Origin: Octopus sinensis
Lineage: Eukaryota
Assembly: GCF_006345805.1 (NCBI RefSeq)
Contig: NC_043001.1
Span: 74,834,001 to 74,898,000, forward strand
DNA: 64,000 nt
Direction of reading: 5' to 3'
The translations under genes and the position numbers were made by a program. Each line of letters starts with the position of its first letter. Within the stretch, counting starts at the first letter, position 1. This document shows, in pieces, positions 25,050 to 39,146 of the stretch. The notes under the pieces were generated by a model. That model searched no databases and had not been told where the DNA came from. It was given only the letters and a program-made list of their open reading frames with translations.

Positions 25050-25745
25050 CTCACAATCCCAGAGACCCAGAACAAATACCGCTATACTTTCAGTTCGATG
25101 CCATCGACATGGACTACTATTTTTTTTTTCTATTTTTGTATCACCCTCGAAAGAATGAAAAGCAAAGTTGATCTCGCTAGTATTTGATCTCAGTGTTTAG
25201 AGTGTCAAAATAAATACCTGTTTCTTTACTACCCACAAGGGGCTAAACACAGAAGGGACAAAAAAGGACAGACAAACAGATTAAGTCGATTATATCGACC
25301 CCAGTGCGTAACTGGTACTTATTTAATCGACCCCGAAAGTCGACCTCGGCGGAATTTGAACTCAGAACGTAGCAGCAGACGAAATACCGCTCGGCGTGCT
25401 ACCGTTTCTGCCAGCTCACCGTCTATCTGACGCTCTAACTATTCAGTCAGCTCGGCGTTGCATAATAATCTTCTTGTATCACTGGTGTCTTTAATGTGGT
25501 ATTAACGTATCGCAATTATGGCGGCGAGCAAGCAGAATGGTTAGGGCGTCGGACAACATGTTTTTCAATGTTTCTTCTGGTTCTTTACATTCTGAGTTCA
25601 AATTCTGCCGAGATCAGCTTTACTTTTTAGCCTTCCAGAATCGATTGAAATTGAGTACCGGTCAACCTCTGGGGTTAATGGTGTCCATGAACTTCCTTTC
25701 CGTCAAAATGGCTGAACTTGTGGCTAAAATCAGAAATCATTAACG
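25050..25745. mobile_element. Family-1 SINE cluster (- 25050-25470, dimeric; + 25525-25745)
   Basis: Diagnostic body and tail blocks. Confidence 0.8.
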
Positions 25746-26459
25746 TAATAAGATCACATTTAACGTTATGATAAAGTTGAAGTGAATGGGTTTATAAGGA
25801 ATAATGATCATTAGTCATCAGTCATTTTAATCTGTTGTTGTTATTGCCATTTAACCTCGGGACAGCCATTATCCAGTTTTGGATAAACATCATCCTGTTT
25901 TGGAAAGCATTTATAACAAGTCAACTATGTCCAAGGGCCAATAAACAATCAATATCGTCACTCATTTTAATTTGCTAATGTTAATACTGTTTAGCCTTAG
26001 AATAGCCATGATCCTGTAGACCCGCTATGAAAGGCATTCCAGCTGCGTCATTCAACCTTATCGTTACTTGACTTAATCTTTCCAAGGTCTTTGAGATTGG
26101 TGGGCGAGCGAGATAAAGTTACTCTCAGACCGGATACCTAGCAGAAATGTTTGAATCCAGGGGCTTAAATCCCTTTGTCAAGGAACTGGCAGAGTCGGTA
26201 GAACGTCGAATAGTATAAAGCCTTTACGGTATATATGTTCCGACTCTCTTCACTCTGGGTTCAAATCCTGCAGAAGAGTCCACTCTGTGGCAAGCCATTC
26301 CGGACAGATCTTTGGACTAAGATGAGTTCTACAATGATAATAAATTGTTCAGTAAGACAGAATGCTGCAAACTTAAGATATTACTTACATATTTACTTTA
26401 TTCAGTTAGTAATGTCAAATCCTGGTGGAGCCAACTTTGCCTTTCCTTAGACATATCTT

Positions 26460-26890
26460 TTAACTTTTACTTGTTTCCCTCATTGAACTGCAGTCATGCT
26501 GGGTTAGCGCCTTAAAGAGTTTTAGATGAGCAGAGTGACCTCAGTGCTTATCTTTAAAGCCTCGTGTTTACTCTGTAGGTTTCGTGCTGAACTACGTAAA
26601 GAAACCAACGCCGATTGCCAGGCAGTAGTGGTGAGACAAGCAGAGACACAAAGACACACACACACACACAAACACACAAACACACACACACACACACACA
26701 CAACACGCACACACACACACACACTCACACACACATGCACGGAGTTTCATTCTCTTAAAATTTATTCGCAAGATATTTGTCAACTTGGCATATACCTTCA
26801 AGACACTTGTCCAAGGTCCCGCGCAGTGGGACAGAACCCGAAACGACGCAGCGGTAAAGCGAGCTTCTTAACAACATAGCCATGCTTGTG
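26460..26890 (-). mobile_element. Family-3 SINE with internal (CA)n
   Basis: Diagnostic blocks on the minus strand. Confidence 0.7.
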
Positions 26891-27061
26891 CCTATGTTAA
26901 TTAAAATGCAAGTTTACGACCGAAGTCTTTTCAAAGCATTTCAATTTCACCTGGATTTGAACTAAGACCAAGCAGGACGAAACTTTTTAAGTATTTAAAG
27001 CATCTTTTTCCTGAGTCTAGCAATCATTCTACTTTCATTATTTCATTTAGACTCATGCTTT

Positions 27062-27620
27062 AGACGGCGAACTGGCAGAATCGTTAGCACGCCGGGCAAA
27101 ATACTTAGCAGCATTGTTTCCCGCTCTGAGTTCAAATTCCACGAGATCACCTTCGAATTTTTATTCTTTCCGAGTCGATGGAATAAGTACCAGTTAAACA
27201 ATGTAATCGACTGTCCTCTTTCCTCAATACTTTTAGGCTTTGTGCCTGTAGTAGAAAAGATTTCGTTGTTCAGTTTTTTTTTAATAATGTTACTATTTAG
27301 ATGTGTATACTCGTTTCTAATTTTAGCACAAGGCCAGCATTGGAGTGGTATTTTATTATGTCGGTTTTGGAGGAATGATAAGCAAAGCTGGCCTCGGCAG
27401 TGTTAGAACTCTGGACATAAAGAGCCAAAAGAAATACTGCAAGGTGTTTTATCCAACTTTCTCGCGATTTTGCTCGTCGATACCATTGAGACTGGCACTT
27501 TATTTTATCGACCGTGAGAGGTTGAAAGGCAAAGTTGACCTCGGTGGTATTTGAACTCAGAACGTAAAAGAGTCAGGATAACTACCATAATGCATTTTGT
27601 TCAATAACCAAACGATTTTG
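27062..27620. mobile_element. Family-1 SINEs (+ 27062-27260; - 27430-27620)
   Basis: Diagnostic head and body blocks. Confidence 0.75.
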
Positions 27621-27784
27621 CTAATTAAGTAAATAAAAGTAAAATGAAGGATTTGAGAAATATATATATATGAAAAATGGTTTCGAAAAACACCCTATAT
27701 ATGTTTTAATGTATCCGAACATCTCTATAACTAGTTTTTTATCGACTTTGTTGATATAAGCCAACATTACAAATGTGCGTGCGT

Positions 27785-27827
<43 letters not shown>

Positions 27828-28339
27828 CATGGCTGTGTGTGTGTTTGTGCGGTGAGTGTTTCTTTGTGGTCAGCCATGTTTTTGTGTGCAGGTGTTCGAG
27901 ACTATTGGAAATCTCTTATGTAAGACAAGAAAAGAAATGAAGGAAATAAATAGACATTTTGAAAGCCTAAACTTGAGAAAATCGAAAGCAAAGAGGATTA
28001 AAAACATAAGGAAGTTATCAAAACAGATGGAAAAACTTCAAGAAATTTACCTCCTTGTCAATACGGTTATTTAAAACGACTTTATCACTTAATTTTATTG
28101 ATACATATATAACACAACTGAACATATATTATCAATCAAATGTTAAGCAGATAACCCTTTGTTTGTACTCAGCTAAGTAGCTTCTTAGCTCACGAAATGT
28201 TTCAGGTTTAAACAAAAAGAAATCTAGAATGGAAATTTTAAGCAAATTGCAATCAAATATATTTTGACGGTTCATGAATTTACTCTTGAAAGTCTCGTTG
28301 TTTATGAAAATATTTTTGCAGTAACAATAGATAGTGTAG

Positions 28340-29470
28340 ATTTTATCGTTCACTTGTTCCAGTCATTGAGTTGTGACCATTCTAGAGCCCTATCTGGAAG
28401 TGTTTCTTTGAATAAAATCGACCCTAGTACTTATTTTTAAATTCGGTACTTATTTTAGCGTTCTCTTTTTCCGAATCGTTAGGCTAGTGGATGTAAACAA
28501 GCCAACACCGACTGCTAAGCAGTTATAGGGAACATACACACTCTCAAATAGATATGTGCATGTGTGTGTGTGCGTGCGTGCGTGTGTACTTCGATTTTTC
28601 AAACAGTTTCACTCACAAAGCATTGATCGGCCTGAGGCTATAGTAGAAGACACCTGCCCAAGGCGCTTTACAGTGGGAATGAACCCGAAACAACGTGGTT
28701 GTAAAGCAGGCTTCTTATCCCAAAGTTATTACTGTGCCTTGATTGTTATCACTTAATCATTTTAATTCAGTCCCCTTTGATGTTAAATCAATTACAAAAG
28801 TGCATTGATCATTCAGGGAAATATACGGAACAAGTTTCATTAATTTATCCTTATCAAGTTGTACCTTATCTAATAAACATTTGAATTTTTATTAATAAGA
28901 ATGATATTCTTCCTTTCACAAGGTCGGATATTTTGAGGAGAGGCGTAAGTCGAATATATCGACCCAAATGTTCGACAAGCACTTTATTTTATCGACCCCG
29001 AAAAGATGAAAGGTTAAGTCGACCTCGGCAGAATTTGAACTCAGAACGTTACGAACTGGAAGAAATATCCGTTAAGCATTTTTCCGAAGCGCTATCGATT
29101 CTGCCAGCTCACCGACTTATTAAGACTAATATAAATATTAAAGGGGGGTTAATTTATTTGGTGTTGATTCTATTGATAGTGATGGACATAAAATAGCTAC
29201 AGGTTGTAATCAAAATCTAGTCATACCTATACTCAACTAACCGGGAACTTACTGAATCAATAAATATTGGTTTCAAATTTTGGCAGATGGCGAACAATTT
29301 TAGGGGACATCAACTTCAGTATTCAACAGGTACTTATTTTATCGACCCTGAACAGATGAAAGGTAAAGTCGACGGCGGCGGAATTTGAACTCAGAACATA
29401 AAGACAGATGAAATGCCGTTAAGCATTTTGCCGGGAGGGCTAACGATTCTGCCAGCTCGTCAACTTTCAA
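28340..29470 (-). mobile_element. Family-3 SINE (28340-28730) and two family-1 SINEs (28920-29115, 29270-29470)
   Basis: Diagnostic blocks. Confidence 0.75.
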
Positions 29471-29609
29471 TTAATAAATATCATAGATGCAACAAGATTT
29501 TCCATAAAACGGAGTCGCATTCAAATGAGTCGTTGGCTTTTGTTTGAGTGAGCTAAATGATCTTTAACAATGTAATCAACCATAGTTTCAATCATGGATA
29601 TGTCGCTAC

Positions 29610-29810
29610 ACATTGTGTGCATGCGCCATGATAGGTCGGTAGCCACTACACGCATTTTTTTCTCTCTTAGTTTCTTTCTGTGTTCCTTTCTGTGGAAGAG
29701 CGTAGGCTCGAAACGTAAAAGACTTTTTCAATTCCTGAGCGTTATACTAATACATCTGTTTGTTTTCTACACCATCTGTCTTCGTCTTTTGTTTTTTTCG
29801 TGAATTCTCT
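29610..29810 (+). mobile_element. Penelope-pLTR-like non-autonomous element with hammerhead-like motif (29685-29722)
   Basis: ctgtggaa-gagc-gtag-gctc-gaaac-gta-aaaga; the same ~200-bp element recurs at ~46540-46685, 47925-48125, 49310-49510 (-) and 62340-62550. Confidence 0.7.
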
Positions 29811-30230
29811 ACATATAAATACATACACACAAACACACATAGTCGTAAGTTTCATTAAATATACGATTGTATTCAAGCTTTATGTTTTTTCGCATCTACT
29901 TTTTACAGTTGGTTTGAAGCAAGTCCCTAAAATCTATATCTGACGTTTCCATAACCTCATAGTCTCATTTTCAAGAATTGGCGTCAGTGTTGATTCTTAT
30001 GTACTGGTAGCATTCATGTAGACTTACCCATCAAAGGATATTTTGACTGTTATGTATCATAACTCCTTTCATGTGTGTATGAGTCATGTATCATACACAC
30101 ATAGAGCATTCGAGCATTTTCACTCACACATCTAGAGAGCAATAAATAATTTCCGTCTATTTACACATCGGGAATTTCTCCCATTGTTTGTTACACGCGC
30201 GCATACACAAATACACAAGTACACACACAC

Positions 30231-30267
<37 letters not shown>

Positions 30268-30289
30268 TAGATATCGATATTACTGTGTG

Positions 30290-30579
30290 TGTGTATTTCA
30301 CTTCTTTTACTTATTTTACTTGTTTCAGTCTGTGGTCATGCTGGAGCACCGCCTTTAGTCGAAGTCGACGCCAAGGCTTATTCTTTGTGAGGCTAGTACT
30401 TATTCTATCGGCCCCTTTTGCCGAACCGCTAAGTTACCGGATCGTAAACACACCAACATCAGTTGTCAAACGATGGTGGAGGGGACAAACACAGACACAC
30501 AAATACATATATATATATATATCTGTATCTTTATCTATATATACACACACATATATATGTGTATGTGTCTATTATATAC

Positions 30580-30627
<48 letters not shown>

Positions 30628-30798
30628 ATACATGTGCATACTTTTATATAAATACTAAACATGTACACTATGTATGTACTATATATACGTATATATTCAT
30701 GTGTGTGTGTTTATGCATGTATGTATGTACATATAGACCAGTAGAGTTAGATACACATGCAACACACACACACTCACACACCACACACACACACACAA

Positions 30799-30829
<31 letters not shown>

Positions 30830-30938
30830 AACACCTAACTCTATTGGTCTGCTTATATGTGAGTGCGTAAGTGTGCATAAAGCTTTGTGAGTGGATATGG
30901 TAGACGGAACTGAATGAAGCCCATCGTATATATTATAC

Positions 30939-30972
<34 letters not shown>

Positions 30973-31259
30973 ATATCTATATATATATATATATATGTAT
31001 GTATATATATAATATATATATTATATATATATGAATAAAAAATGGAGTCGAACGAGGATTTTAACACAATTAAAGGAATTGTGTTAAAATCCTCGTTCGA
31101 CTTCATTCTTTTATTCATTTTAAATATTACACAAATTACCACACAAGAACACGGAGTTTCTACCCTTGGCATGTAGCTTCAACCGTGTTTTCTGACGTGA
31201 ATTTTCTACCCAGGTATCGGTTAACCGAATTATCAATACTAGGATAATTCATTCACCTA

Positions 31260-31298
<39 letters not shown>

Positions 31299-31460
31299 CT
31301 GTGTTTATATGTGTGTCTTTGTTTGTTCCCTCCCCCCCCCCAACATCGCTTGACAACCGATGCTGGTGTGTTTATGTCCCCGTAACTTAGCGTTTCGGCA
31401 AAAGAGACCGATTGAATAAGTACTAGGCTTACAAATAACGACTGAAACAAGTAAAAGAGT
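30290..31460. mobile_element. Family-3 SINE pieces (- 30290-30500; + 30880-31460) with microsatellites
   Basis: Diagnostic blocks. Confidence 0.7.
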
Positions 31461-31810
31461 AAAATATATATATATATATGAACTTATTGGGTATTTGTAA
31501 TTATTTATCATTAAGCGAATAGCTGTATTTACTTCAGAAGGTGAAAGAGAAAATTTTGTGTCGATTTGGTGTTTATAAAGGACATTATTCACGTATGTGA
31601 AATGAACTTGTTTACAGTTAGATTCGAAACCAAGATCATCCGACTTTAACTCTGGGGCCTAGGCTACAACTCTATTGGTTGATGATATTTCTAATCAATA
31701 CTTTTGTCATAATCCACTAAACATGATGGTAAAGGAAACAACGTAATTTCATTGGCTAAGGTGACAATGAGGATGTAGTGGCTGTAGTGAGGGTGGTTCA
31801 AAAATTCTCT

Positions 31811-31866
31811 TATAAAAAGAGACTACTCTCCAGAGATGAACCAATATACTCCCTCAAAAGGTAGAT
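31811..31866 (+). promoter_or_regulatory. Candidate TATA box and short first exon of the ETS gene
   Basis: TATAAAAA at 31811-31818; donor AAG|GTAGAT after 31860; ATG at 31836 would splice in frame (phase 1) to the exon starting at 33017. Confidence 0.35.
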
Positions 31867-32184
31867 TGAAAGAAGAGGTGAATGATATGTAAAAGAGCCG
31901 AACATCAACATCGTTAAAATTTAAGATTTTTCAACTCAGTTGAACCATAGGTGAGATGTGCATACCTTGTTTTATATCCTTCCTTTCCAATTTGCTTCTA
32001 TATTCAGCTTTTTATTCATATTATGATCTGTTAAGTTTGAATTCTTATTCCATTTTCCAGTAGAGAATTTAATTGCTTATCCATTTAGAACACCCAGGGC
32101 TGTCGTTTGTTTATATATGTGTGTGTGTACATATATATATATGTATGTATGTATGTGTATATCTATCTATCTATCTATCTCTAC

Positions 32185-32260
<76 letters not shown>

Positions 32261-33016
32261 TATATCTTTGAACCACTACAAAAAATATTATCAAGCTGAC
32301 TTCAAGCCAAAGAAGTAAACTTAATGTGATCAATAGAACTACTTGAGGAAGCTGCCAAAATTTTTTTAAACCTTTAGTTATTCTCTTAAAAAAGGACGTA
32401 CAAAATTGTTCTGTCATCAATGATGCACTAAATACATTATCCGTGAAGAAACAATACAATTTGATCATATCTAATCAGCTAAATCAAGACTGAACTGGGT
32501 TTTACAACAATTATAACAACAACACAACTCAAAGCAGGTCCAAGGAATGGAGGAACGTCAACGTGCTGCAACGAGTTGCTCGAAATAGCTGTCAGACCTC
32601 TAACCTCTCAAAGCCTACTCTTTTGAAGGAAAGAGGTAGATCTGATTATGTATTCATAGATATCTTAAAATTGGAAAAGAAAATACTGAAAATCAGGGCT
32701 CGAATAAATTTCATGATATAGTTGTTGGTTCAGGAAAGACATAGATTAAGACAACGACACTAGCTGTAACAAAGGTTGGTCATGCACCTGCACATTATAT
32801 GCAAGCCTAGACATGATATTTTCAGAAAGACTGATATGGAGAGGATAGATTTGTATACCAATCTGCACGCACAAAAGCCAAAAAAAAAAAAAAGAGAAAA
32901 GCAGCACAAGACGAAGACCTATCTCATTAAGGGTCTTTTTGTTGTACATCAGCTTAGTTAAAAATAAATGTGTTGTAAAATTAGGTATATAGCTTTTCGC
33001 TTGTTTATCATTTCAG

Positions 33017-33063
33017 ATACGGGAGAAATGGATTCAGACTGGAACGATGTCAACCAACTTCAG
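33017..33063 (+). CDS. ETS gene exon containing the ATG at 33028 ([12 protein letters not shown])
   Basis: tttatcatttcag| acceptor; cag|gtaagg donor; phase 0. Confidence 0.75.
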
Positions 33064-33390
33064 GTAAGGCCATTTCTTTACCACCATTATGATAAGGTGT
33101 CTTTCTCAGAGAGAAGAGAGAGAGATAGAGGAGAGAGAGAAGATAAGAAAGGAGAGGAGATAGGGGATAAAAGAGAGGGGGTGAGGAAAGGAGTTAAGTG
33201 TTTTTTAACGTTCCTTTGTCACAAACATCTCTGTACTTCATGTACGTATGTACACATGTGCATACGTACATAGATACATGCATATATATGTGTGTACATA
33301 CATATATGTGTGAGTGTATATACATCTATACATATATACACATACACACACACGCGTTTGTGTGTATGTGTATTTATAAATGTATGTGTA

Positions 33391-33423
<33 letters not shown>

Positions 33424-33971
33424 CATGAACTGTTGGCAATATTCTTCCTCCTTCCTTTTCTTTGGGATTTTCCTGTTTCGTGTTTCCGAAGAAGAGCTTT
33501 GCTCGAAACGTAAAACAACCACTGTTTCTTTCCTTCTTTGAGCGTTTCATTAATACTTTGCACATACTCACATTGCTTTTTTCTTATATTTTTTCTCTGT
33601 TTTTAAATTAATTATCTATATATATATATATATATATATAATATTATATATATATATATTATATATATATATATATATCAGTAATAATGAAGTCAAAACA
33701 AGTAGTGATATTTTGCAGTTATTTAATACGTGCGCTTCAGTTTCGCATAATTCATAATAGGAAATGCAGCCATTTCGCAAGACGTTCCCCAGTTAAAACG
33801 TTTCAAAATATCAACCAAACTAATTGATGGAAATAATTCAATATATATGTTCGGAGCAGTAGAAGTCGGCTGCTAAATTAGGAGGATGGATATGTTTAGA
33901 GAGAGATTTGCATTACTTAAAATGTTACTTTCCATCGTTCGAACTTAGTTACAACATACATACATATCTGG

Positions 33972-34006
<35 letters not shown>

Positions 34007-34396
34007 TAAACAGTAAAAATAATTACAGACATGGACAAGAACATGAAACACCACAGAGACGACACAAGAACCACAGGACGGGACATTCGAAGCCCTCAGT
34101 CATCAGTCAAGAACCAGAGCATCTATGCACGTAAATGTGCATGCGTGTCTACGAGTATATGTATATAGGAACATATATTTATGTATGTATAAATACGCTT
34201 TTAAACAGGAATTATAATATATATATATATATATATACATACCACACACATATACAGAATCTATATATACTCATATATATGTATATAGTATATATAGTAC
34301 ATATATATATATAATATATAACACATACACATATATCTACAACACACACACACACTCACACACAACACACAACACACCCCACACACCACACCACAC

Positions 34397-34484
<88 letters not shown>

Positions 34485-34510
34485 TGTGTGTGTGAGTGTG
34501 TGTGTGTAGA

Positions 34511-34571
<61 letters not shown>

Positions 34572-34726
34572 TTGTGTGTGTGTGTGTGTGTGTGTGTGTG
34601 GTGGAGTGTGTGTGTGTAGATATATGTGTATGTGTTTATATATATATATATATATGTACTATATATACTATATACATATATATGAGTATATATAGATATC
34701 TGTATATGTGTGTGTATGTAATATAT

Positions 34727-34759
<33 letters not shown>

Positions 34760-36673
34760 CCTGTTTAAAAGCGTATTTATACATACATAAATATATGTTC
34801 CTATATACATATACTCGTAGACACGCATGCACATTTACGTGCATAGATGCTCACCTATATTTCACATTGTTTTATTTTTATATGTATGCTCACTTACATA
34901 CACACACGTGTGGGGATGCACAAATATATGCCAGTGATACACAAATATATGCCAGAAACGTATATATACTTATATATGTGCCTCTTGCTCGACGTCTTGC
35001 GTGTATACTTAGGAGCAAGGTCTTTCATGTGTTATTACAATAACCACATTCGGGCATATAGTCGGGTGTACACACGATTATGAGAACACAAATCCCTCGT
35101 TGGTTGATGAGTATACGTACAAACACCAATACTACGAAATACATTCAATACAGATATACAACACGCCCACATGTGCTACACATATTGCAAATGCCATTAT
35201 GCTCATATTTTCGTGGTAGCTGTGATCTTTCACTTTCTGTTGCAAGTGGTATTTCGGTTGGTCTTTTTCTGACTGTACATACTTGAATGACTTTGTGTCA
35301 CTTTCTTAGTTAAGTTTCTGAAAGAATGTGTATGCGGTAGAATCTAAACTTGAAAGTGTTGGCTGTTGGCAAAATGTAGGATTTGAGTGTGTTGTTTGTA
35401 TTGTTTCTAGTGAAGATTCTCTTCGATACAGTTGTAACTAAGTTTAAGGGTGTTGGTGATGAATACCTTACATGTGTTGTTTTCTGTTGTTGCTTTTTTT
35501 ATCTGAGTAAAACGTTTCTAGTAAGGATTTTCATGCGGAGAGGCCATTGTGTGTTACATTTACATTGTTTATAGAGAGTTGGGTTGTTTATGATGTTTGA
35601 TGAATATTGGATTCTATAGATACCTCATTTCTCTCATGCTATTGGAAATTATGTAAGCCGATTATTGTTAGAACCGAAGCTATTGCTTACAATATTCCAT
35701 ATAAAATATCTCAATAACTGAAGTTAACACCACTTTCCAGTCGATCAAAGTACATTTAGTGTGTATGTATATGTATATATTTATACATGTATATATATGT
35801 AGGTGTGTGCATGTGTGTGTATGTGTGTATGTCTTTATATATGTATGCGTATGTGTATATCATATACATATATGCATCGGTAAGTTTGTGTGTGTGTTAA
35901 AACACGATTGTCTTAGTATTATCATTTTCATTATACCTTTTCTTTAATTTCTAGTTAGTTTCTTGCAATTTGTTTGGAAACTTCCTAAACCCATCAAATT
36001 AGGTCCTAGACATCTTCATACGCAGACTCTATGCTGTGTGGTTGATTTTAATTCTCTTTAACAAACAAATCCAATATCATTGCTATTGCCTTTGTCATTA
36101 CCGTCAGAATTTGAACTTTTGACAGTTACCATTTTACTTAAGAGGTTAAAGGATGATTATCTTTTCTTTGTAACTGGTGTCTATATTGATTCCAGGAGGA
36201 TCATAAAAGACAAATGCATCCTCGATGGTATTTCATTTCAGAACGTAAACGTACGGAACTATATATCTGTCACTCTATCGGTTCTTCCATTCACTGCCCT
36301 TGAAAAGTATCGATAATAGAATAATACGTGAAGGTTCAGTTATAACAACTATTTGTAAAAGTCGTACAAAGCAACCAATGTTTATTTCTTATGAATTTCA
36401 GCCAAGCATAGCGGAAGGTTTTACACAATATGATAGCAAAGATAGTATCGAACCTTATATGGAATATTTGAATGTTGAAGAGAACTGCGTATACAACACA
36501 ATAACAGTAGAACCAGTTACAGAAAATAGTACACCAACTTACACAAATTTGTCGCTTAAAATGGAGCAGAGAGATTGTGTTTATGGTAAGTATAAGATAT
36601 TGTTTGACTTGCTCGGGTTTATTTCCAGTAGACATATATACGTGCACACAAACACATACACGCACATATCCGT

Positions 36674-36751
<78 letters not shown>

Positions 36752-37528
36752 GTGCGTGAATAATTAGCGAAGTACCGGTCAAAAATGATGTGTTTTATTT
36801 ATATACACTCATTTAATGATTCTTAATTTTTCTACTAAATTTTCTTCGTGTGTTTCATTTTGTTTTGGTCCAATTATTCTTACACTTTTCCTCTCACGAT
36901 TTTCTGCTGTTTTCCCTTATGTTCCATGCCCTCACCAATTCACTTTAAGCATTGACGTCTTCTGATAGTCTTCATTTTCTTTATGCAGTTCCTAATCAAG
37001 CATCTCTTCTGTGACTTGTAATTATCTGTTTCCTATATTTGAAAAATCGGTTTTGCAATTTCTTAATCCTACACTCTCACTCCATTACTACACGTTGATA
37101 TACCCACTAACTTTCATGCTTCGTTATTTTTTCTTCGTTTCCCCCTCTTTTCTCTCGTTTTCTCTTAAAGTCTTCCTCACTTCTATTTTTTTTCCCAATG
37201 TATCCCCAGTAGTTTGATGTCAAATACAATTTTTTTAGTTTTTCTCTTCTCCTGTCTATATTATCCTCTCTACCATTTAACACTTTAAATCTGTTATTTT
37301 ATCAGGTTACCTCTCTAACTCCTCCGCTCGGTTGTAGAGCTCTACATTGTTTCATCACACCTGCTTTGCTATGTTACTTACACGCACTGTCTCTTCCTCT
37401 CTCCTCCATCCTATATTTCATTCTCTGCTCACTAACTACTAGGTGACAGCAGAATATTTCTCTCTCTCTCTCTCTTTCTCTCTCTCAATGTCAGTCACCC
37501 ACCTATCTATCTGTCTATCTTTCTATTT

Positions 37529-37569
<41 letters not shown>

Positions 37570-38477
37570 CACATATATATATATATATATATCAACCCTC
37601 CTATCTTTTGAACCTCTATTTTTCACCTCTTTGGGCACAATGGCTTTTGACAGAAATGTTTGAAAGCAACCACTATCACTGCCAGCACCAAAGGTCTTTT
37701 CCCCAAAACTAAAGAGTATATTATTTGAAGCCTGTATCAAAGCTACAATGTCCTAGGGTAGCGAGACTTGGTCATTGAATGTAGATTGACAAAGATCAAA
37801 AAGATATAAAGTAAGTATGTACCAATGGAGGTGTAATGTTAGTGTGCAAGAACGTCAGAGTATAAATGAGCTAAGAGAAAAAGTGAATGTGAAAGGAATC
37901 AGATGTAGTATGCAAGAGAGAAGGTTGCACTCTTATAGACATACGATGCATATGGAGAAAGACGGCCGCATACAAAATCGTCGAGTACTCCAAGGTAGTG
38001 GAGGGAGAAGAGGGAGACCGAGGAAACACTCACACCTCCTCCATGGCACCCGTCTCTTCATCACATATATTCCCTCCAATTCGCTTGTTATATTCGTCCT
38101 GTTGCATCACCAACCAGACACTCTCCCAGTTTACCTGTATTGTCACACAACACTTCCTCTTATCTTTATCTCACTACCTATCTTCTTGCTAGTCTTTCAT
38201 CACCTCGCTGTACCCACCCACTACTTTCCCCTACTCCTTTCTCTCACCATCCTTTCTACATTACCACCCCATCTGGGGTATTTTTGCAGCATTCTCACTC
38301 TGCTCTTTCCTTCCCCCTATATCCATGGTACCCTCCAACTTCTCTTTACCCTCAATAATCCTTTTCATCTTTTCTCTTCTCCTCTAGTCTACATCATGAA
38401 CTCTACTTCTATGTATACATGTTTGTCTATACATGGATGTATGTCTGTATGATAATTGTATATGTATGTATATTATG

Positions 38478-38541
<64 letters not shown>

Positions 38542-39016
38542 ATATATATATATATATAAATTTTCTTCTGTCTCGTGAAGTTATAATTTAATTTTTACTG
38601 TAATAATAACCTTAATTTCTCCACAGAATATTGGGATGATTATGTCAGCGCCCGTCCCTTCTGCAACAACCGATCACACTTCAGCTATTATAACGACGCT
38701 CAATGTTATACAAATATCAACTCTGGAAGTAAGTGTGATTACAATGAATATTATTGTTATTTATGAAAAGCTGTATATCATCCCGTTCCCAAAAGAAATC
38801 GCTAGCATCTCCATTGAAAGAGTCATATCTTATCTGAATACCATTTAACACTTTGTTACCATATTTCTGTTAAGATATACTGTTTTTGTTTCAATTAATT
38901 TTTAAAGAAATTAAGGACTTAGTAAATTGTCTTTATTAAGCTGGTATATCGAGCATTAGTTAACAGGAAATCTTGATTGGCGAGGTAATAGTTTAGGGCA
39001 CTTTCACACTTTCACA

Positions 39017-39091
<75 letters not shown>

Positions 39092-39114
39092 ATATATATG
39101 TATGCGTGTGTGTG

Positions 39115-39146
<32 letters not shown>

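Noticed and set aside
37817-38452. 211-aa ORF inside the ETS gene as an extra exon or nested gene
   Set aside because: The first third is RTE LINE C-terminus and the rest is low-complexity CT-rich sequence; the ETS reading frame is complete without it.
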